A model generated the notes under the pieces. The model worked only from the letters and a program-made list of their open reading frames with translations. It searched no databases and was not told the DNA's origin. Below are positions 60,101 through 64,000 of a stretch of DNA of 64,000 nt, one piece after another. Numbering within the stretch: position 1 is the first letter of the stretch; every line of letters begins with the position of its first letter. The position numbers were made by a program, and so were the translations under genes. The DNA is from Eukaryota sp. TZLM1-RC (Eukaryota; Protista; Metamonada: BaSk clade): positions 310,001-374,000 of the forward strand of contig JAUPSS010000003.1 in NCBI GenBank assembly GCA_040285825.1. The letters run 5' to 3'.

Positions 60101-60749
60101 CACAGTCAACAATTTTTGGTTTTCACTCAAGTTTACCCCTCCACACAGAACAAATCCCATCAGTTTTCCCTTTTCTAATCAATTTCGCCTGTTCCTCAAT
60201 GGATTAAAAAACCCAACTTTGTCTAAAGAGCTAAGTTTTCTCTTGTTCTTTGATGAGGTAGACTCAAGTCCTCAACATTCTTTATTTGACAGGTCACCTG
60301 AAGAAATTGTGTTTCTTTCCCCAGAAATTAACACCAAGCAGCGATTTGTTAGCCTCATCCACCAACCAATATCGTTTAATGGAATGTTCTATGAATCACT
60401 TAGCTTTGATTTTGATTTTGACGTTTGCTGTTCATTGTTGGTGAAACCACAGAAGAAGCAAAGGACAACCAAGCTCCCAGTTGGAATTAAACATTTGTCT
60501 TTAAATGAATTGGAAGTGGAATCTAAGTTAAATTTAGTTGTAATTATTCCTTTTTTGGATTTTTATAGAAGATTGCCTTGCTTGGAACGAATTCAAAGCC
60601 ATTCCGACTCTGTTTCTTTATTGGTTATTGCCTCGCAATATGCCCTATTTGGATCTAAAATAGTTGCTGAAAATTTCAAAAAGGGTTTGGATTTTTTTGA
60701 AATATTGGGTATACTTGATGCACATTACATTCCTTGTTTCCTTATTTAA
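57195..60749 (+). CDS. Large hypothetical protein (1184 aa)
   Basis: Intact long ORF with a Pro/Ser/Asp-rich N-terminus; no family recognised. Confidence 0.75.
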   Translation: MISEIHSDKFTIPKSQNMVENEPPLLTVPPVHISSTIDIPSSSDSDWTIDSPLSPYVPLYNASMLKGVVITNDSDLDEDEDDLSMALCSSFRPPPFPLPPTRTETTLDDTALLEQSSAILMKLSTVFEDKNTRKTASLSDIGSPKAALPLPLPRPDTGVSNNEYDKLFQFALENDVTSFHSFLNHFDPHSVLWALVTWIEFSPRVKEVFLSTYNQLTYTSLVFDFVKFYLEEDFDGIIDLISVKLESFDDTLEFFYCLAFTFVSFSLESKSVFNLIPIKKSLAVNHQSRHVAWFRSKMSVIKQLITDFEPKPVINDPVCAFLTAYILGVKESIIFQSSSQSIKVVLNCFHVDFPPPLALFLGLLLNHQHSIVNQITLSRLLDYGLNLPSIYHFNLSNFLKCFAETTLLSGLLSLSSFAYHSLLRRASTKADVSSTGLALSNLFSLSGKFLVFRDKIEDKVIQSLGISFWISAFNEIDLRHVIKNDSVVVESHFKLVNIIIEELCTYCYLCEVHNLFQRGLDNLDKFFNSRSQSYSLNHAIKSRDQSFLILYYHKARLLILKQDYSAALNIISLVLSNQFLLASNNNIILYFKLLLISIYNQFLCRNTKFDKEIVITPQHCFSSKLYLLDCCLATINEVNQHSPLFMEFQRVRIKAAGSFLSCIVLQSKLLTPSSDLIESKLSSFDVPLLSSILTYCSGLFCPLKYCRCCLDIVFIFVFKNYIPLALHSFKTFCQVFFKYFLISFNQSIVSIANFPEMYRLKVQNLLLTAVLVIVLLVQKEVDVIEFLWIFDLLITFDDVSKAHCDLYKSHCPLYVTSTTFTSLPTISTVSKSLCLNFWISKHIGNVRQTLWTLLSIGRRNALFGSQRAQGENFKLNSFKCLDRYLLIMSALRSYVALGSKKCVCKILNMSVDELNDSDLDPPFDSLLTGYLERTNDDKNYILPVLDGILVFSGQRMTYHYEPVEQSQPVTVNNFWFSLKFTPPHRTNPISFPFSNQFRLFLNGLKNPTLSKELSFLLFFDEVDSSPQHSLFDRSPEEIVFLSPEINTKQRFVSLIHQPISFNGMFYESLSFDFDFDVCCSLLVKPQKKQRTTKLPVGIKHLSLNELEVESKLNLVVIIPFLDFYRRLPCLERIQSHSDSVSLLVIASQYALFGSKIVAENFKKGLDFFEILGILDAHYIPCFLI

Positions 60750-60954
60750 TTGTTTTTTGTATTGTTGTTATTGGATTTGAAACTTGAAAATTCTAATTCA
60801 TTTTTACTTTAAAACGTCAATTTATTATAATTGACACTAAGAATAATCTTATGGTAAGCTATACAGCTGTTTGTAAATATTTGTAAAACTTTAAATCAGA
60901 TTTTAATAAATTATTTCTTCCATGTGTACATAGTGCTACAAAAGACCTCAACAC

Positions 60955-61167
60955 TCAGAGACTTTCCAGTATCCTTCTGGCAAAATCATAAACTTCTTCG
61001 GGGGATGTCATGGAGCTGAGAAAATCGATCCACATAGACTCATCTCCAAGCCGTTCCAGGACTTGTACTAGCTCAGAGAATGCATATATGCGGTTACGTT
61101 GTGTAGAAAACACAGCAGACGGTGAAATGTCAAAATTGTTCTGTAAGAATAATTCAAGCTTTGCCAT
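60955..61167 (-). CDS. Possible small hypothetical protein (70 aa)
   Basis: ATG at 61167 (MAKLELFLQ...); short, no motif. Confidence 0.35.
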   Translation of the reverse strand: MAKLELFLQNNFDISPSAVFSTQRNRIYAFSELVQVLERLGDESMWIDFLSSMTSPEEVYDFARRILESL

Positions 61168-61234
61168 ATGGTGGGGCAAGGTGTTGGCAAGATGATGAGG
61201 GTGATGTGGTGTGTGCAAGTTGCACCAAACTAAT

Positions 61235-61325
61235 ATTGAATAAATATCCCTAATAATTGTGTAAACTTCTCAGCACCAAGGGTTAGTATACACTAAACAC
61301 CTTGGAAATACGTTGATTAAAACAG
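61235..61325 (-). ncRNA. Candidate omegaRNA scaffold (copy 1)
   Basis: Conserved with 39139-39229; stem CCAAGG-TGTTTAGT-GTAT-ACTAAC-CCTTGG; GCTGAGAAGT loop. Confidence 0.7.
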
Positions 61326-63151
61326 CTACTGCTGTCTCCTTAGACGTCTCACACGCCTTGGCCTTCTGAATGGTTCTGGCCTAGTACCAGTGAAATACTC
61401 ACTAATTGCAATCTCCAGCTGGTTTCTGGAGGCTGAGATGTCCCTAGACCAGTTGGTCTGACACCGAGGGCAATCGAACTTAGCGTTATTTACCCTTCCG
61501 TCATCATGATAGATCTTTCTATGAAAGACCTTACAGCAATTCACTTTTGCTGAGGTCATAAACTCGTCCCCCACTTTGAGGCTTTCACAGTGTTTTTTGA
61601 TTTGTTTGAGAAATCTCTTTCGGGGGGATTTCACAGATTGACGAGATGGACCACCACCGCCATTGCCGAACCAAACTATAGTGTTTTTCCTTCAGACAAG
61701 CGTTTAATTTTGTTAATAAAACTAGTTATTCTCTTTTGCCTTCGTATGAAGAAATCAAACTTATTTCTTCTCAACTTTTTTCTTGCACCACGCTGCAAAT
61801 TTCCAGACATAATTGAACCATATTCAGGCTCTTCCTCAGATTCAGGAACATAAGGTAAACTTATTTCAATCAGATACTCTTGGAAGCTCTGAGCGGAATA
61901 AGTGTTAGGAGTTGCTTGAGTCAGAGGAGGAGGGTGATTTAGTCTTCGTTCTTTTGGATTCAGTAGCAGTCCAGAACGTTCAAAAACAGGTGCAGAATTT
62001 CGGAAAGAACCAGCAGTCCAACCACAAAGATTGCTGTGGTTGGGATCAATGGCTACAAAAAACAAATTTTCATCAGGATCTCTGTAATTGGGCTGTTGTT
62101 CCACTGGTAACCGCGGTCTTCTCTGTGGATTTGCTGTTCTATGGAGATTGGATTTTCGTTTCCTTTCAGAGTTATGAAGATCATATTTTCCAGAGGCTCG
62201 CCTGGGCTCAAATTCCGCTTTACTTGGCCTAACATAAGTTTTTCTTTCCTTCTGGGTAAAAGTAAACCGCAAGGAATCACCATTTGAAAAATGGTATATT
62301 TAATAAATTTGGATTTATTAAAAAGCCGATAAGGGTTGTTAAGAAGCTCTTTATGTGCATTTAGTTTTGTGAAATAAGCTTCTGCTTCTTTAGTCAAGCT
62401 GCAAAAGCATGGAGACCAACTGGACAGTGGAGAGAGAGTGCCTTTTCATCACATCAGATTGAACGATTGTTGCAGCAGACTCCATATTGATGGGAAACCG
62501 TTCGTTTCTTATTGAATTTTCGAACAAATTTTGACCGCCACCAATATAGGCGTTGGCTGTCATATTGAGCCAATGGACCAAGATATGCTGGTGTATTTCT
62601 TGATACCATAGTAAAATTGACTCATATGGCTGAATCCCTTGAAGTACACAGTCGGCGTATTTCTTTTGCCAGGGGCAATTTAGAAATTGAGCACAGCTTT
62701 TGAAAAAATTGCGTTTCCAGACGACAGGGCCGTCAGCAAGCAACTGACAAAAGGCTTCTCGCAGTTGGATGGCTCGACTGCCAAGAAGAGTGGAAAGACA
62801 CCAAAATCTACCACCGTCGGCTGAGGTGGTTTCATTCAGCGGTCGCCAGGGCCAAAAGTGCTGAACAAGGTGTTGTAGCGCTTGGTAAACCAAAGGATGG
62901 TTTTCAAATGGCCTCCTTTGTTTAGGTTCACTTTGGCAAACAAAGTCGAAACAGAGGCTCCAGAACTGGCTTTGAGTAAGCCACATAGAGTGTTCTGGGT
63001 ATTGGAGCACAAAGAGTCGTGCTAGGTGAGTAGCATGAGCTCCAATACTAGCAAGAACTTGGAACTGGCGTTCCATTGCTTCTTGTGCCTCTGAGTCGAA
63101 GAACTGGTTGACAGACGCTCCCACAGTTGTAGTTTGTAGAACGTTATCCAT
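61326..63151 (-). pseudogene. Near-intact Fanzor (~608 codons) with three single-base frameshifts
   Basis: MDNVLQTTTV start at 63151; FSNGDSLRFTF; FVAIDPN (D); GDEFMTS (E); CPRC..WSRDISASRN (D); shifts near 62398, 62290 and 61686. Confidence 0.9.
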
Positions 63152-63499
63152 GGCAGTCAACACAGAACGGAAACAGTCAGAAATGATTGAAAATTTATTT
63201 CCTAAAATTGAAAATTTGTTGAAGTCAATCAATCTTATAGTTGTCAATTCAAAGTAAAGTTAGTTACAAGTGTTTATTAATGATACATATCGTTCAAGAT
63301 TACTTTCCGAATATTTTCCTTTCTTCAGACAAGAACTACATGTTACAAAAATTGGTGAGTGGAGTTTGGTTGGGTTGCCATCATTCCCCAGATTCGTAAT
63401 TAAATTCATTTCATCACTTACAACATTTCATCACTTACTCTACTACGAACCTTCTCCCTACAAATAACACTATGGTCATGACAGCACAGATCTCAATTT

Positions 63500-63829
63500 A
63501 TGTCGGCCGTTGGGTCGGAGATCTTCAAACACAAGTACTACTATAGATTACATCACACTGGTAAAAGCAGGGAAGAGAAAAAATCATTGCTTGCAGCTAC
63601 TACCACTCTCTATGTCGAAAATCTTTCTTTTTACACATCAGAGGAGCAGATTCATGCTCTTTTCTCTCGTGCTGGTCGTGTCAAACGTATCATTATGGGA
63701 TTCAACAAGAAATCACTCAAACCATGCGGTTTTTGCTTCGTTGAATACTTTACCCGTGCATCGACTGAGATTGCCATGAGGTATATCAACAGAACAATAC
63801 TAGATGAAAGGGAAATCCTGATTGTTTGA
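63500..63829 (+). CDS. NCBP2: Nuclear cap-binding protein CBP20-like RRM protein, C-terminally short
   Basis: [38 protein letters not shown]. Confidence 0.75.
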   Translation: MSAVGSEIFKHKYYYRLHHTGKSREEKKSLLAATTTLYVENLSFYTSEEQIHALFSRAGRVKRIIMGFNKKSLKPCGFCFVEYFTRASTEIAMRYINRTILDEREILIV

Positions 63830-64000
63830 TGATTCTGACACAATGCAGCTTTAAGACTTTCACCTGTGTGGTAACCAGTCAAAATAATGAACAAATTTCA
63901 ATTTTCTCACTTCTACTTCAATCAGTCACAATGATGTCATAACATCATCTCCATTCATACTGTAATATGTCACAGACCACATGTTTAAGGTGTGTATATT

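Noticed and set aside
63150-63300. Terminal inverted repeat matching the 61235 end
   Set aside because: Only weak AT-rich similarity (GTGTTTATTAAT); not convincing.

Overview
AT-rich, compact eukaryotic (protist-like) genomic DNA. Host genes have tiny 28-32 nt GT-AG introns and short intergenic spacers: CEP20/FOR20, RRP41, prefoldin-1, a Stealth-family transferase, PH-LRR, a MAP3K, RPS15, an AAAP transporter, a CBP20-like gene and several hypotheticals. They are interspersed with three mobile-element classes: (i) Ty3/Gypsy LTR retrotransposons with chromodomain-like integrase tails (a full-length copy at 3496-10575, a solo LTR, a degenerate second family) plus a TRIM-like element; (ii) about nine 5'-truncated CRE-like non-LTR retrotransposons (RT + RLE); (iii) six Fanzor (eukaryotic TnpB-like RNA-guided nuclease) loci. 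The main finding appears when the Gypsy insertion is removed at its 4-bp TSD: a single ancestral reading frame of roughly 1,200 codons reading Ulp1/SENP-like protease - PolB-type DEDDy 3'-5' exonuclease - Fanzor. A CRE retroelement then inserted at this Fanzor's stop codon and picked up an in-frame ATG. A second Fanzor family (61.3-63.2 kb, with a 3' copy at 39.1-39.7 kb) defines a conserved, covarying 91-nt omegaRNA scaffold candidate, and Fanzor 3' ends repeatedly sit just upstream of co-oriented host start codons. All assignments are by eye from motifs; no database searches or folding programs were run.
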